Of a stretch of 64,000 nt of DNA, positions 63,698 through 64,000 are shown piece by piece; position 1 is the first letter of the stretch; each line of letters begins with the position of its first letter. A program made the translations under genes and the position numbers. The notes under the pieces were generated by a model, which saw nothing but the letters and a program-made list of their open reading frames with translations, had not been told where the DNA came from and did not search any database. The stretch comes from an uncultured Methylomirabilota bacterium (lineage in GTDB: Bacteria; Methylomirabilota; Methylomirabilia; Methylomirabilales; 2-02-FULL-66-22), in the NCBI GenBank assembly GCA_963705305.1, contig OY970067.1, positions 2,048,001-2,112,000 of the forward strand. The letters run 5' to 3'.

Positions 63698-64000
63698 GTG
63701 GCAGGGCATTGGTTGGAGATCGGGTTTGCGGCGATCGTGCTGGGGATGCTGCTCGGCGAGATGCTCCGGTTTCATCGGAACCCGCGCGCGCTATCCCTGC
63801 GGGAAGCCGCCCTCTGGAGTCTGGGATGGTTGACCCTGGCGGCGCTCTTCGGTCTGGGCATCCATCTCCGGCACGGGGCGGAGAAGGCGCTGGAGTTCGG
63901 GGTCGGCTACCTCATCGAGTGGTCCCTGAGCCTGGACAATCTCTTCGTCTTTGTGGTGATCTTCCGCGCCTTTGCGGTGCCCGAGGGCGCCCGGCACCGG
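63698..64000 (+). CDS. TerC/Alx family membrane protein, 3'-truncated by window edge (absent from the ORF track)
   Basis: Manual translation from GTG 63698 gives ...GYLIEWSLSLDNLFVFVVIF; AGGAGAGG RBS. Confidence 0.9.
   Translation, partial: MAGHWLEIGFAAIVLGMLLGEMLRFHRNPRALSLREAALWSLGWLTLAALFGLGIHLRHGAEKALEFGVGYLIEWSLSLDNLFVFVVIFRAFAVPEGARHR

Overview
GC-rich bacterial chromosomal segment with five parts. (1) 1-7.9 kb: a catabolic operon encoding a TRAP transporter, a glycyl-radical enzyme (GRE) resembling B12-independent diol dehydratases but with apparent active-site changes, its radical-SAM activase, an SDR and a beta-hydroxyacid dehydrogenase. (2) 8-17 kb: small accessory genes, MITE-like repeats and a RAYT-like Y1 transposase bounded by 23-bp inverted repeats. 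(3) 17.3-31.4 kb: a ~14-kb element integrated at tRNA-Lys(TTT) between 82-bp direct repeats. It has a satellite/PICI-like core (excisionase, Prim-Pol-helicase, iteron-like repeats, TerS-like gene), two RX4H (HEPN-like) cargo genes, a disrupted type IIG restriction-modification gene carrying an IS3, and a serine resolvase-RHH-tyrosine integrase operon whose integrase frame runs through the att site. (4) 31.5-55.7 kb: housekeeping genes (purA, hisZ, serA, class V aminotransferase, Liv-type ABC transporter, ileS-lspA-rluD, csp, uvrB, HNH, ppx, NFACT/RqcH). (5) 56-64 kb: an IS-rich stretch with two IS110 elements, a HigBA-like module between ~50-bp direct repeats, and a yybP-ykoY riboswitch before a TerC/Alx gene. 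Six separate +1 frameshifts suggest possible consensus errors. All calls come from motif recognition by eye; no database searches were run.
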